From Eledone cirrhosa (taxonomy: Eukaryota): DNA of 64,000 bases. This document shows, in pieces, positions 1-13,829 of this stretch (position 1 is the first letter of the stretch; each line of letters begins with the position of its first letter). Below the pieces are notes generated by a model. The model had not been told where the DNA came from, searched no databases, and worked only from the letters and a program-made list of their open reading frames with translations. The position numbers and the translations under genes are program-made. The stretch lies in NCBI GenBank assembly GCA_964016885.1, contig OZ024744.1:63054001-63118000 (forward strand), given 5' to 3'.

Positions 1-1800
1 CCAGTCCCTCGGAACGGCCCCATTCTGTATGACTTGGTTTACTATCCGGGTGACCATAGTGTGTCCTACCGTTCCAGATGCTTTTAGCATTTCAGCATCT
101 ATTTCCGAAAGCCCAGCCGCCTTACCCGTCTTCATATCTTTGATTGCCTTACTTATTATACTACCTTCAACTAGCACTGCTGGTCCCTCTATTGGATCGA
201 TGTGGGGGAGACTGTCTTTCTCCCATTTATTTTCCTCATTTAGTAGCCTTTCGTAGTGATACTTCCAAGCTACCTTCTTATCAGCGTCAGTGATGGCAAA
301 TACACCATCATCATTAAGGACACACTTCTCCCCGACAATATCACGGTTTTCCTTGACACATTGCCTAGTAATCCTGAACACCTCACGTTTTTGGTCCTCG
401 CGTTGTAGAACATGCTTGAACTTTCTTTCCTCTGCTTCCTTTCTTGCGAAGTACACTTGTCTCCTAGCTTCCCTCCTGGCCACTTGATAGTCTTCTCTAC
501 TTCCCCCATCCCGCCATACTTTCCAAGCCTGCTTTTTGGCCTTAATTGACTCCTCCACCTTACTGTTCCACCACCACGTTAATCTCCTCCTGCCTATAGG
601 TCTGCTCCAGCCACAGACTTCATCTGCCGCCTTCAGCAGGTTAGCTTTCAGGAATTCCCACTGTTCCTCTATATTGTACGACTAACTGCTCTTCCTAACT
701 GTCGAAAGTATCAAGTAATATGCTTTTAAATTTATTACTGGCTGTGGGTTCCTTTAACTTCCATATTTTTCTCCTGAGGATAGTCCTCCTCTGTTGTCGA
801 GTACGTCTTGTCCTGACTATGAGGTCGCTGACTATGAGTCTATGTTGGGAGGTGCATTCTTCATGAGGGAGGGATTTAGTGTTTAGAACAGACACTCTAT
901 CACGTCTTCTGGTAAGGATATAATCTATCTGACTAGCGTTTTCCTCTGATCTATAGGTGATCAAGTGATTGTCTTGTTTTTTTGAAGTTAGTGTTACAGA
1001 TAGTTAGGTTATTTGCGTCACAGAATTCCAGGATTCTGGAGCCTTCCTCATTTCTAGTACCAAACCCATAGCCTCCATGGATTCCGTCATAGCCGTCACA
1101 ATGTTGTCCAACGTGACCATTTAGGTCGCCAGCAATAATTATGTAGTCACTGTCGGTTATTTGGGAGGTAGTGAGCATCAATGTCTCATAGAATCTGTCT
1201 TTTATAGCGCCAGGCAGTCCGGATTGGGGTGCATACGCAGATATTACTGTCACAGTAGTTCTATTTAGGACAACTCTTATTTTAATTATTCTGTTGTTCA
1301 CTCTATTTACGTCTATTATCTTATCTACCCATTTTTCTGCTAACATGATTCCTACCCCATCCCAGCCCATTGTCATTTCACCCCCAGAAAAGCTTATAGC
1401 ATCGTTTTTTTTACCCACAATGAATCTAGCAGACCCACCCCTCCACCTGGTCTCTTGGATACAGCAAACATCAACCTCCTTACGTTCAAGCATTTCTACA
1501 ACCTCGTTAGAGCGACCTTTTAAGGTGCCTACATTCATGGTACCAACTCTGAAGTTTTGGATTGCGTTTGGTGGGTGGGAACGGTGGGGCGCGGGGAGGC
1601 GTGAGGAGGATGGGGTTGGAGTTATGTTGGCCATCCGCGGCCGAAACAAAGAGGGGGAGTCCTTGCCTTTTCGTCCGGCAGCATGAGGTGAATTTGTCTT
1701 TATCTTTGGCATTGTCACTGAGTGTCCAGATTTTTCAGACTCTCCAGAATTCCTTAGTTCATCCATAATATCGAAAAGCAACCAGAAGTGATAGCATAGG
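1..1800 (-). mobile_element. RTE-clade LINE, 5' half (APE endonuclease to start of RT), frameshifted
   Basis: ORFs 951-1781 and 695-964 carry APE motifs (VGTMNVGTL, CCIQETRW, ISAYAPQ, IIAGDLNGHVG, SQIDYIL, SQHRL); element runs off the window start. Confidence 0.92.
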
Positions 1801-2054
1801 CCGCTGACTTATGATTTGTCCGAATAATAATGGTGGAGAGTGGGGGTGGGTGGGTGGGTATGCGGGTGGGTGGGAGGGGTATGGGGTAGTTAGCAAGAGG
1901 GTTTAAATAAAATCTTCGAATTTTGGGCATAATTGGACAAGCATATAACAGTAATAATAAGCGAATAATGGGATTTGAAAATACAAGAAGATTATTTAGA
2001 ACAACCAGACAGAATTATAGCATGAGGGTTTAAATAAAATAATATATATATATA

Positions 2055-2338
2055 TTTGTTATAAGAACAGATTAAAGTTTAAGCAAAGAATCCCTGCTTT
2101 CAACATTAATAGGATCTTCTGAAACTAAAAAATTCAATCTGTGAGCGCAGAAGTAAATATTTCGAGAAACATTGCAACCGAAGGAAAACAAGAGACGACA
2201 TTTTGGTTCGTGAAGACGTTCCCTGGCAATGAATGGAAAACAAGCGAGGATAATACGTCGTTATGTGGAGCGAGAAGAACAATTTCATGCAAAGACAAGA
2301 CCAAGTTTATGGTATAAATGGAGTCGTTAGACTAATAT
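2055..2338 (-). mobile_element. Penelope-like terminal-repeat (pLTR) fragment with degenerate hammerhead
   Basis: Clear similarity to 23640-23920 and to the reverse complement of 22580-22860. Confidence 0.85.
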
Positions 2339-2959
2339 TCTATTTAAAATAACTGAATGATTTCCAGCCCCGGAGTTTAAGAATGATGTAAATAAAATTG
2401 TAAACGAAAATGACAGAGGTTATTAAAATAGTAAAAGTAAATAGTGAAGATTTAGGCCAGTACATACGTATGCGCCGACGGACATACACATACATATACA
2501 TACGCACACACAAATACATACACACACTCAAATGCGCGCGCGCGCGCGCGTGTGTGTGTAACCCTTGTGCATTTCTACAGCATTTTCACCAAACTTAAGA
2601 CATAGTTTACTTATGTACTCCGGATGGTCATGGACACTTTCATTTTTCCAGATATTGATTATAGGGCTCCCCGGCAACCGCTTCCTTGGAGTCGACTGAA
2701 GCACTGCAGTGCAATGCAACAAAACGTCATAACTTCTGGAGTTCGCAACCGATTTTCACAAAACTTGACACATGGGCTACGTTTGTTCTACAGATGAATG
2801 TGAACTCTCAGAATTGGCACATATTGAGTAGGGGACCCCTAGGGGCAGGAACCCCCTTTTGGAAAAAGCCAATGATTTTGTAAAAGTATAGTTTTCGAAG
2901 CATAAATGGTATACATAACTGCTATTTAATACCCGAGAAACGCCGGGTACCTCTGCTAG
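2339..2959 (+). mobile_element. Non-autonomous Helitron
   Basis: Starts TCTATTTAAAAT; ends with CCCGAGAAACGCCGGG hairpin followed by CTAG|T; same 3' end as at 9063-9090. Confidence 0.7.
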
Positions 2960-2970
2960 TATATATATAT

Positions 2971-3097
<127 letters not shown>

Positions 3098-3329
3098 ATG
3101 TTTTCTTAAACAACCCTATCCAACAACAAAATGCAAGCCTAAATTTGCCAAAACACACATCACAGAAGATGCAATTACCCAGTTAAGCAAAATTAAAATT
3201 AAAATTAAAACCACAATTTAAAAAAAAAATCTTTGCAACAGAGACTTTCCAACAGGTATATTTGTCCACACAGTATCAGAGGCATGTGTGTATGTATGTC
3301 TATGTTTACATTTGTACCTGTATTTGTGT

Positions 3330-3480
3330 TTATGTCCAATAACTTAGCAGAACTCAATAACATAAGTACCAGAGTTGAAAAAATAAGATAAGTTCTGGGT
3401 CAATATGATTGACTAAATCCCTTCAAGGTAGTGTTCCAGCATGGCCACTGTCTAATAATTGAAACCAGTAAAAGAATATA
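3330..3480 (+). mobile_element. SINE 3' portion
   Basis: ATAAGTACCAG...GACTAAATCCCTTCAAGG..CCAGCATGGCC..GAAACCAGTAAAAGAATA resembles cephalopod tRNA-SINE tails (from recall). Confidence 0.55.
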
Positions 3481-5449
3481 AGACTATAAAGAAATAATAT
3501 ATGTATATCTATATATCTATCTATATATATGTATATCTATATATCTATCTATATATATGTATATCTATATATCTATATATATATATAGAGAGAGAGAGAT
3601 AGATATAACTCAGATGCTGTTAAATCTAAGAATACTGGAATTGGTACATTTCTTTTAAGGGAATTTTTGAAGGCATTTTTTCCCCTGCATATTTTCAATA
3701 AAAGAATTTAAATTAAAGCTGTTTTTTTTTTGTTTTTTTTTCTTATGAAAATAGAAATACTGTAACATATTTAATAATCTGTTAATTCTGTTTTTTAAAT
3801 ATAAAAAAAAAAAATTTTTCTTTCAAATGTAAAGGATTTTCATGTAGTTCAATATAAAAGATCACTATTTCCACAATTAGAAATTTAGAATTTCAATTTA
3901 TTCCATCAGAATTATTAATTTTCTTCCATTTTGAATCCAAACTGCCTGAAACTACCTCTAGTTCTATGATACAAATCTGTTCATAATTTTATGTAAGAAC
4001 CTTTGTAAAGTTATGTTCCAAACACCAGTTTAATAATGAGAAAGTTAGTTAGATTATAAAATCCCCACCAATCCTTTATTATTTTCGAACTGATTTAAAA
4101 ATCATAGGCAGAAATAGAAATAGAAATATGGGTTTTTTTGTTTGATTGATTTTTTTTCGTTTTTTGTTTTGTTTTGTTTTTATTGATGCTGTTCATTTTG
4201 TTTCTTTATTATGAAAATATTAATTTCATTTAAAAAATTCTAGTTTGGAATCATTTTTTAATTTTTCTATGAATACAAATACTGAAACATCTTTACTATA
4301 GATATATAAATTTTATTTTCCAAACTAGGTTGTTAACACTAGGTTGATATTGTTCTAGTTAATGTTGTTGTTGGTAGTGGTGGTCTTGGTGGTGGTGGTG
4401 GTATTTGTTGTTTTTGTTGTAGATGAAAAGTGCTCCAGCTGGCACTGGCATAGATAGTCAACTCAGGTCTCCTTGTAATTATACATAGTGAAAATATGAC
4501 TAACATCAAATACAAACACTCACACACATACACACAAACACACACACTTACACATATATATATATACACACACACACTTATGCACATGCATATACACACA
4601 CTTAAACACACACACTCGTATTTTCATACATACTTACACACACATTTACAAACACTGACACACTACATTTGCACACACTTACACATACATATTTTCACCC
4701 ACCCAACCTCATTATTACATGCTCTCTTATACATGCTGCTGTCATTGAAAAAAAAATCACAGAATGTGGAAGGTTTTTTTTCATTGACAGTTGCATAAAG
4801 AAAATCAATGCACTTAAAGTTGATGGAATCTATGGAAGAGGTAGATATTAGAAAACTTGGGAAGATTGACCTCACAAAATTGAACCTCACAAATATGACA
4901 CAGGATTAAGTCGACTGGTGATTTGCTATATTACAGAAAACTTGCCTTCCTATGTGAGTGGGATGAAACAAGCGTGTAGTGTAATGAAATTCAGATCTCC
5001 TCCTACTGCCAATATGCTCTGACTACCCTCCCCCCACTGCACCCATCATCAGCCTTAGTCTTCTCTCCACCCCACCCTCATTATCTAAAACTTCCAACCA
5101 CGACAAACTTTCACAGTTACATTCTTTATTCATTCAATCCATGCCACTATGGAAAAGATGCTCCTTACAATATAATATCAGATATTGTTCACTCTCTTCA
5201 AGGCCGCCCAACAACCCAAGGATTACTTCTCTTCTTTACATCCCTGATTCCCTCTTCAACATCCAACTCATGTTAGTATGGAAAGATGGCTGCACCCATC
5301 AATATACTGTCACTCATTCACTTTGACACTTACTCCCCACCTCTCTATCTCCCTTTGCCAAACGCTGACCCTAATCTTATCTTACACCACTGCCTTTATC
5401 ACTGCCTTTCCCAAACCTGGATATGTACACAACTTGTGACCTAGTATTG

Positions 5450-6040
5450 TAAAGAGGCAGTGTTAGAGTCACAATAAAAAAGCACCCAGTACACACTGTA
5501 AAGTGGAAGTGCTTGTGCAACTATAAAATGCACCCAGACCACACTGTAAAGTGGTAGTGCTGATGCCACAATAAAATACACCTAATACACTCTATAATGT
5601 GGTAGTTCTGGTGCTATGATATAAAACACCCAGTCCATACTATAAAGTGGTTGTGTTTATTCCACAATAAAAAACGCCCAATCTGTAAAGTGGCAATGCT
5701 GGTACCACAATAAAATGCACCCAGTACACTCTATAATGTGGTAGTGCTGGTACCACAGTAAAAAAAAACATCAAGTCCCTACTGTAAAATGATAATACTG
5801 GTGCCACAATACAAACGCCTAGTTCATAATATAAGGTGGTGGTAGTGCTGGTGCCATGATAAAATACACCTAGTACACAGAGTAAAGTGGTTGGTGGTAA
5901 GAAGGCCATAGAGGCCTGCCAAAAGTGGAATGCATGAGCAAAGAATGGTCATCTGAGCTGTCAAATCTCAGGACAGAACAATCTGTCTACCCCATGCCAG
6001 TATGGAAAATAGATGGACAATGATGATGATGATGATGATG
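5450..6040 (+). repeat. ~59-bp minisatellite (about 7-8 units) expanded inside an RTE-tail SINE
   Basis: Repeated CACAATAAAA..CACCCAGTACAC.CTGTAAAGTGGTAGTGCTGGT, followed by the ACCCCATGCCAGTATGGAAAA...(GAT)n tail shared with the RTE 3' UTR at 54545-54845. Confidence 0.8.
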
Positions 6041-6222
6041 CTGATGGTGGTGGTGGTGGTGGTGGCGGCGGCGGTGGTGGTGGTGGCGGCGGCAACAATG
6101 ACGACGATGACGGGGACGACGATGACGGTGACGACGATGATGATGGCAATGATGATGATGATGACAACGACGAAGATGAGAATGACGACGACGACGATGA
6201 TGATGATGACGGTGATGGTGAC
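6018..6222. repeat. Compound (GAT/GGT/GGC/GAC)n trinucleotide tract
   Basis: Direct reading; extension of the SINE (GAT)n tail. Confidence 0.9.
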
Positions 6223-6359
6223 GCTACACAGACTAGTGTCGTGACCCCCCCCCCCCCCTTGTAATTACACATGGTAAAAATATAATAGTAGCATCAAGTG
6301 GCACAGAACTCACTGACTACAAAAGGCTGTTTTCATTGATATGTATATCAGACCAATAA

Positions 6360-6535
6360 CTGTTTCTACTTTCGGCACAAGGCCAGCAATTTCCCCCAGT
6401 ACATTACTGGTACTTTATTTTATCGACTCCCCCCCCCCCTCCGTAAGGATGAAAGGCAAAGATAACCTCTGTGGGATTTGAACTCAGACTGTAAAGGGAC
6501 GTAACTATACTAGAAAGCATGGCGTCCGACCCTCT
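6360..6535. mobile_element. SINE-like dispersed repeat
   Basis: Shares CCCCAGT.CATTACTGGTACTTTATTT...GAAAGGCAA...GAACTCAGA with 25620-25805. Confidence 0.65.
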
Positions 6536-7579
6536 ATCAGACCAATAATGAACAGGCAGTTGTTTTTATCTGCCATGACTTACAATATTTCCTCTTTTCT
6601 CTCACCCAACACCTACTAAATACAACCAAAAATCAATGTTCAAACGAAAGTTTAATGACTTCTATATTCCTGGTATGTCACAATTGGGACATTACAATTG
6701 ATTTACCTAAATATGTAAATCATGTGATCCAGTACTGGGTCACATAAGGCATCAACGTTCTAGACAACTTACTGCTATACACACACACACACACACACAC
6801 ACTCACTCACCCATATATATACACATACACACTTGTTCTATTATTCAAAGCTGTTTATTTTTAAAGTGTTTTTACAGGTATACATTGGCTTATGATGATT
6901 CGAGGTTTGTCATTTTCAAAGTTTCAGTTGTTTTTCTTAATATTATATGGCAAAAATAAACCTTATGTAAATAACAAAACAGGTACAGACAAGTGATTTG
7001 CATAACTTGTCTTTACCCATTTTGTTATGTTCCAATGTGCACTGGAATGAATGGTATCAGCTTTAATACTCCCGAAACTAAAGTGATTTCCAGAGGTTGA
7101 CTGAGGAGATGAGACTGTCTGTCTTGACTTTGTTTTTTCCATTGTCTTTGTCTGGTGCGCTCCCTATTTTGAATTTATGTACATATAACCATTTGTTGTG
7201 TCATCATGCTCTCTTTGGGACAAATAGGGTTGGTGGGCCCCAAGTTCTCTTGCAACTCCCTCCACCCCCCCCCCCCCAGATATATATAATGCTACTGTAA
7301 AATTTATAGTAGCTATCCTAGCTGAGCACATACAGTCCAGGCATTTGAAATGTAAGTTTTTTAACGTTTACATTGTTGAATTTCTTTGTTTTCTTATTCA
7401 TCCTAATACGTCCTATTTGGCTATGATAGTTCAATAACTCCATCACAATGACTTCATTCTGATTCAGGTTTTCACACCTGTTATTATCGAGAAAATTCTG
7501 TGAACAACCTGATCAAAATAATAGTAGCTCTTTCTATGCATTTAGTATTGTATCGATCTAAATTACTATCATATATATT

Positions 7580-7867
7580 ATCATCATCACCATGCTTACA
7601 TGGGTTAGATAGGTTGTCACGTTATGAGACTAGCCAGGTGAAGTGACCCATGTCTTGCTCATACAGATCTGTATTTGGGCTTGATTTCTACAGTTGGATG
7701 CCCTTCCTAATACCAATCATGTTACAGTGTGGACTGGGTACTTTTTTTTATTGTAACACCAAAACAAACTTCTAACAGGGTGGACTGGGTGCTTTTTAAT
7801 TGTGTCTCCAACACGATCCCCTTACAAGATGAACTGGGGTTTTTTCTCATGTCACCAACACGACCAT

Positions 7868-7870
<3 letters not shown>
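7580..7870 (-). mobile_element. RTE-tail SINE
   Basis: (CAT)n..CCATGCT..CATGGGTTAGA..GGATGCCCTTCCTAA..CCAA matches the reverse complement of the RTE 3' UTR. Confidence 0.75.
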
Positions 7871-7905
<35 letters not shown>

Positions 7906-8278
7906 TACATATATATATATATATATATATAGTCCCAATTTCACCCTGTAAGGTGGTCGTGCTGGTGACATGATGAAACAGTATCCAGTCCACCAAGTTA
8001 GAAGGTTGCTTTTATTCAGGGATGGTTTTCCGTTACAATAACACTGAATTGGCGAGCCAACCTCAAACCAAATCTATCCGCTATTCTCTATTTGTGTTCG
8101 CCATAAACCTGTTATCTTATATAACTAATTGTGCAATCAACACCTGATGAAATTGTATAAAGTCTTGCATCATGATTGCATGATGAAATTGGGCCATTGA
8201 AATACATATAATGTTTTCACAAAATTAAAACTTTAAAGAATGTTTTGAGTCCAGGCTTCTGTTGTTTTTAAATGAATA

Positions 8279-9090
<812 letters not shown>

Positions 9091-9270
9091 TATATATATG
9101 TCGCTGGGATTTATTAATTTACACGTATGTGTGTGTGTACGCACTTGCGCGTAAGCATCTATTAAGACTTTCTAAATAATTGTTTCTACTTTTGGCACAA
9201 GGCTAGCAATTTATCCCAGTGCAATAATAAGCATTTACATAAAGCGAAAGTGAAAGCAAACAAAACAAAA

Positions 9271-9351
<81 letters not shown>

Positions 9352-10255
9352 TTCTGTCGTATGTATATCATTTATTAGAAATGAATAGACAGGCGACGAA
9401 AGACTGTGCTACTAATAGTAATATATATTATTACAAAATAATATAAAAAAATACAGATGAATAAAACAGCGTAAATGTAGGGTATTTTAAAACTGCGTAA
9501 TAGAACTCTTCCATGAAAGAATTGTTTTTTTAAATATATATGTGAGTGTGTACATATGTTTGAGTGTATTAAAATGCATACACACAAACACACAGGTGCA
9601 TGTTGTTATCAAAAAGTGTGTTAATTTATGTGGTGAGCTGTGACGTTTCAAGCCAATTAATCTATCGACAAGGGAGATAAATCACAATAAATATTCATTG
9701 ACAGTCTTGTGTACCGCTGTTGGATCATTAAAATACCCACTTGACGTTGGATCCATGTATGTTGTGTCGTTTGTATAATAGCCATCACACACAACTCCTA
9801 ATTGACAAAAATAACACATCAATAGAAATTATCAGAGAGAGCGAGAAAAGAAAAACGAAAGAGGACGTGCGCACTCAATTACACACTACAACAGTAAATC
9901 TTTGAGGCATTTACAGTACTAGAATATTTTTCAACAAGCTGACGCATGTGTGTATGTGCATATGCATACATTTATATGTATGAGTATATAAATATAAACG
10001 CGCAAACACACACACATACTCGCAGACAGATTCACACAAATGCACATACATTCACATAAACACACACACGCATTTACACAATCATACATACACATACTCT
10101 CACACAGAATGTAGCAAAGGTAACGCCAGTCGCTGTTTTGCTGTAGTATTTTTCATCACCCCTTCTTTCCTTTTACGCGCACATACATTCACACAAACAC
10201 ACACAGTGTGTGACGGATGGACGGATGGAAGTCGCTCAAATTTATATATAGATTT

Positions 10256-10461
10256 CCGCGAGGGATAGCGAGGCTAAGACGCTGGAATATTGAAGTGCCC
10301 TCACAATGGGTATCACCTGATACTTCAGTAAGGCGAGCTGACAACAACAAGAAGAACGTCTTGAATTACACAAGCTGAAACATGTAGTTTACCGACGTAT
10401 CAGGTGATTCCCACAAGAGTGCTTGGTTATTCCAGCGACTTAGCCTCGCTATCACTCGCGG
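10256..10461. repeat. Imperfect inverted repeat with ~75-bp arms, from a dispersed repeat family
   Basis: CCGCGAGGGATAGCGAGGCTAAGACGCTGGAATA...ATCACCTGATAC pairs with GTATCAGGTGAT...TATTCCAGCGACTTAGCCTCGCTATCACTCGCGG; related sequence at 43765-43920 and 44545-44635. Confidence 0.85.
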
Positions 10462-11459
10462 CATTACTACGACTATGTTGGCTTGCCTAAAAAATTATTA
10501 ATGAGGAATTCCTGGGCCCCTGTTGTGTATTATTGGGTGTACAGGTCTTCTCTATTCTCGCCAAATAAATGTTAGGATCAATTCACAGTACTTCAGAATT
10601 TTGCTCTGATCAAGCCCAGCAAAGGATCTACTGTGAAACTAGCAGCTTCTCTCCTCTGTTTAAAGCTCCTCATTTGTACCTATTGTTTTATCAATTTACC
10701 GAAACGAGATTAACCAGGGAATTAATACTCGATTGTTTGACCTTGTAACTGCCAGATTTTCCTCTACTGTCTATTTAAAAAATGGACACAATGAGTAATA
10801 GTAGTCCTAGATATTACTCAATGATCAGTGATCACTAATCCCACATCTAAAGGAATTGTAAGGGTGCCATCGTCACATAAGTCGAGACATAATTTTTTTT
10901 TATGTACTCTCCAAAAAGAAAGAAAAAAACCGCATACACACTAGTTCATCACAACTTGATCATATGTTTTTTTTTTTTTTTATAAAGGCTGACTTGGAGC
11001 TAAACAGCAGGATCAATAACAACAACAAAAATCAGAATCAAATAATGTCTACGTAGGCAGGTGGGGACATTAGCGTAGTAAGGGAGCTCCTTCATATCTG
11101 AGCCCGCGAGGGCGACTGTCTCCCCATCACACACACGCCTTGTTACGCATCGGCGGAGACGATTGGATTAATGTGATCGAAGGTTGATGGAAACTACAAA
11201 AATTAAAAGTCACTGTTGGAAACTTAACGAACCATGTGACGATTTTTTTCCTGAGCCGCGTCGGGTTGTTCCTAATCTAGCAAACCATAGGCGAGCTGTT
11301 CCTAATTCGCGGTATTTATTTTTAAAGTCGATGATGGAAACCAGTGGTGATGATTTGTGTCAAACGGGAACGACGCGACCATTAAGGCGAAATGGGCAGC
11401 CGCTCGATGTTCCTATTAATACGATGAACGGAGCAGCCTGTTCGTGAAATAATGTTCAA

Positions 11460-11700
11460 ATAACTGAGCATTCCACAAACATGTGTTACTTTATAGAAGT
11501 TCTCAGGGAGATTCAGCAAGGTACAATGTGTGACAAGGTTGGTCTATCAAATTTCAATCCACAATTCACTTTTTCCAGTTGAACAGACTAGTTCAACATA
11601 ATATAAAATGTCTTGCTCAAGAAAACAAAACGGTGCCGGGAATCGAACTCAACCTTGCGATCGTAAGCCGAACGCCTTAATCATTAAGCCACGTGCCTTT
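11460..11700 (-). mobile_element. tRNA-derived SINE
   Basis: Minus strand reads GGCACGTGGCTTAATGATTAAGG (A box) ... GAGTTCGATTCCCGG (B box) ... TTGAGCAAGACA. Confidence 0.75.
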
Positions 11701-12061
11701 ACCCAGCCAGACTAAAAGGGATTTAATGAAGAAAGTAATATGTCCTATTACGTATTCGGCTCCACAGTGGCTCCAAAATAAATAATCATGAAAGGAAATA
11801 CCTGTTAAGGTGTATGTAAACATGACAGCAGGTGGAAAATTGCAAACGAAAACACGCACACCACTTTATACAAACTATAAATATATCAGAAGGCTTTCTG
11901 TATATTTAAAGCTTGTTTATACGATCGAGACGACTCTTGGCCAAATCATTGAAATCTCTGCCTATATAAATATGAGCATACGTAAAGAATATAATTATTA
12001 AGTTTGTAAATTAAATATCAGAGTTAAAATGTATATATATTGATGACAAATCGCGGACTGA

Positions 12062-12121
<60 letters not shown>

Positions 12122-12418
12122 TGAAGTAATTCCGTCGAAATGTCCATGAAAAAAGAGTGCTCTATGTAGGTAACAGAGCTTAATAGTTATGTTATAAACA
12201 ACATAAGGCAATTATTTCATTTACCAGTGGTTTCTTAAAAGCAAAAAAATGTTGCTTTCAATCATCAAAAAGAAAAAAATCCTGGTGTATTTATTGACGT
12301 TGGATTTTAAAAACAAAAATATAATCTATATGAAAGTGAGGCTGGAAAAGGAAGAAGGAAAGGAAAAATAAAATAAAAACACACATGCAAACACACACAC
12401 ACACACAATTATATACAT

Positions 12419-12465
<47 letters not shown>

Positions 12466-12561
12466 CACACACACATATACACACACAGACATATATATAC
12501 ACATACATACAACCACACATAAATATCAACATATCCATACATACACATACATATATACAAC

Positions 12562-12646
<85 letters not shown>

Positions 12647-12685
12647 ACGTACATATACATACACATACACATACACATATACGCC

Positions 12686-12772
12686 GTCTGGAAGTGCAAC
12701 AGTAATGCCCTTCCTCACATCCCGCTTTACTTTCTCGTATGCGATTCGAGATGCCTCAAAGGCAACTTTTCC
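12686..12772 (-). mobile_element. Orphan internal fragment of the zinc-finger RTE family
   Basis: Encodes [28 protein letters not shown], nearly identical to 29229-29312. Confidence 0.85.
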
Positions 12773-12808
12773 CTCATATACAGCATGTGTATATATATAT
12801 ATATATAT

Positions 12809-13219
12809 GGTGGCTGCCAACTCGTTTTCGAGTACGGCCACTACTTTATATCCGTGTAGGAGAACTCCTACCGATGCGCTGAACGAATGTGACTTTTTAG
12901 TCCAGCCAGCAACTTGAAAACTCTGGCACAAAGACTACACTTGTGATCATTATTGACACATAGTGCAGGGCCCATGGTACCATGTGATGACAAGTGCAGT
13001 GAGATCTCCAGATATAAAGCAATGCCTGTGCTGTGAAGCTTTTATAGTGAGCAAAGGCACTGCACAAAGCCAGTCCCACTCTCTTAACCAAGACGATATT
13101 TACCAAAAAGAAGAACAAGTCAACATCATTGGATACCATCAGGGTTGCAGGTGTTATATCAGAGTTTTCCTTCTCCTAGAATTCTGCCTTGACAAAGGCT
13201 AAGGGGTCATCTCTCCCGG
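12809..13219 (-). mobile_element. 5'-truncated copy of the ~600-bp non-autonomous RTE derivative
   Basis: Near-identical to the reverse complement of 31360-31769 and 32130-32537. Confidence 0.9.
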
Positions 13220-13499
13220 ATATATATATATACACACATATATATATATACACACATATATACACATACATATAAATATATACACACACGCGCACAAATA
13301 CAACAGAAATATATAATATATACATATACATATACATACAGATAGATATAAACATACATACACACACACATATATATATACATACACATACACATATACA
13401 CACACATATACATACACATATATATATACATATATATATAATCCGATATATTATCCGATATCTGCATTGCTTTATTGTACTACAATAAAACTCACCTCC

Positions 13500-13615
<116 letters not shown>

Positions 13616-13829
13616 CATACATACACACATACATATACGCAACACATGTTTTTTATTATTATATATATTTTTATTTATTTATTTGTGTGTGAGTATGTAG
13701 AGGTGTGTGTATATATTTCTATTTTTGTGCATGCGTATGTATGCGTGTATATATATATGTGTGTATGTATGTGTATGTATGTACGTGTGTATATACGTAT
13801 GATTGTGTGTATGTATATGTGTATGTATA

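Noticed and set aside
4339-4500. Possible minus-strand terminal exon (RPELTIYASASWSTFH...)
   Set aside because: No recognisable homology or partner exons; mostly low-complexity sequence
5450-5900. Regularly spaced repeats resembling a CRISPR array (also 17758-18010)
   Set aside because: Whole units are repeated with no unique spacers; eukaryotic context and no cas genes
5961-6272. Poly-S/P, poly-M/V/T and poly-D/G ORFs
   Set aside because: Trinucleotide expansion of a SINE (GAT)n tail
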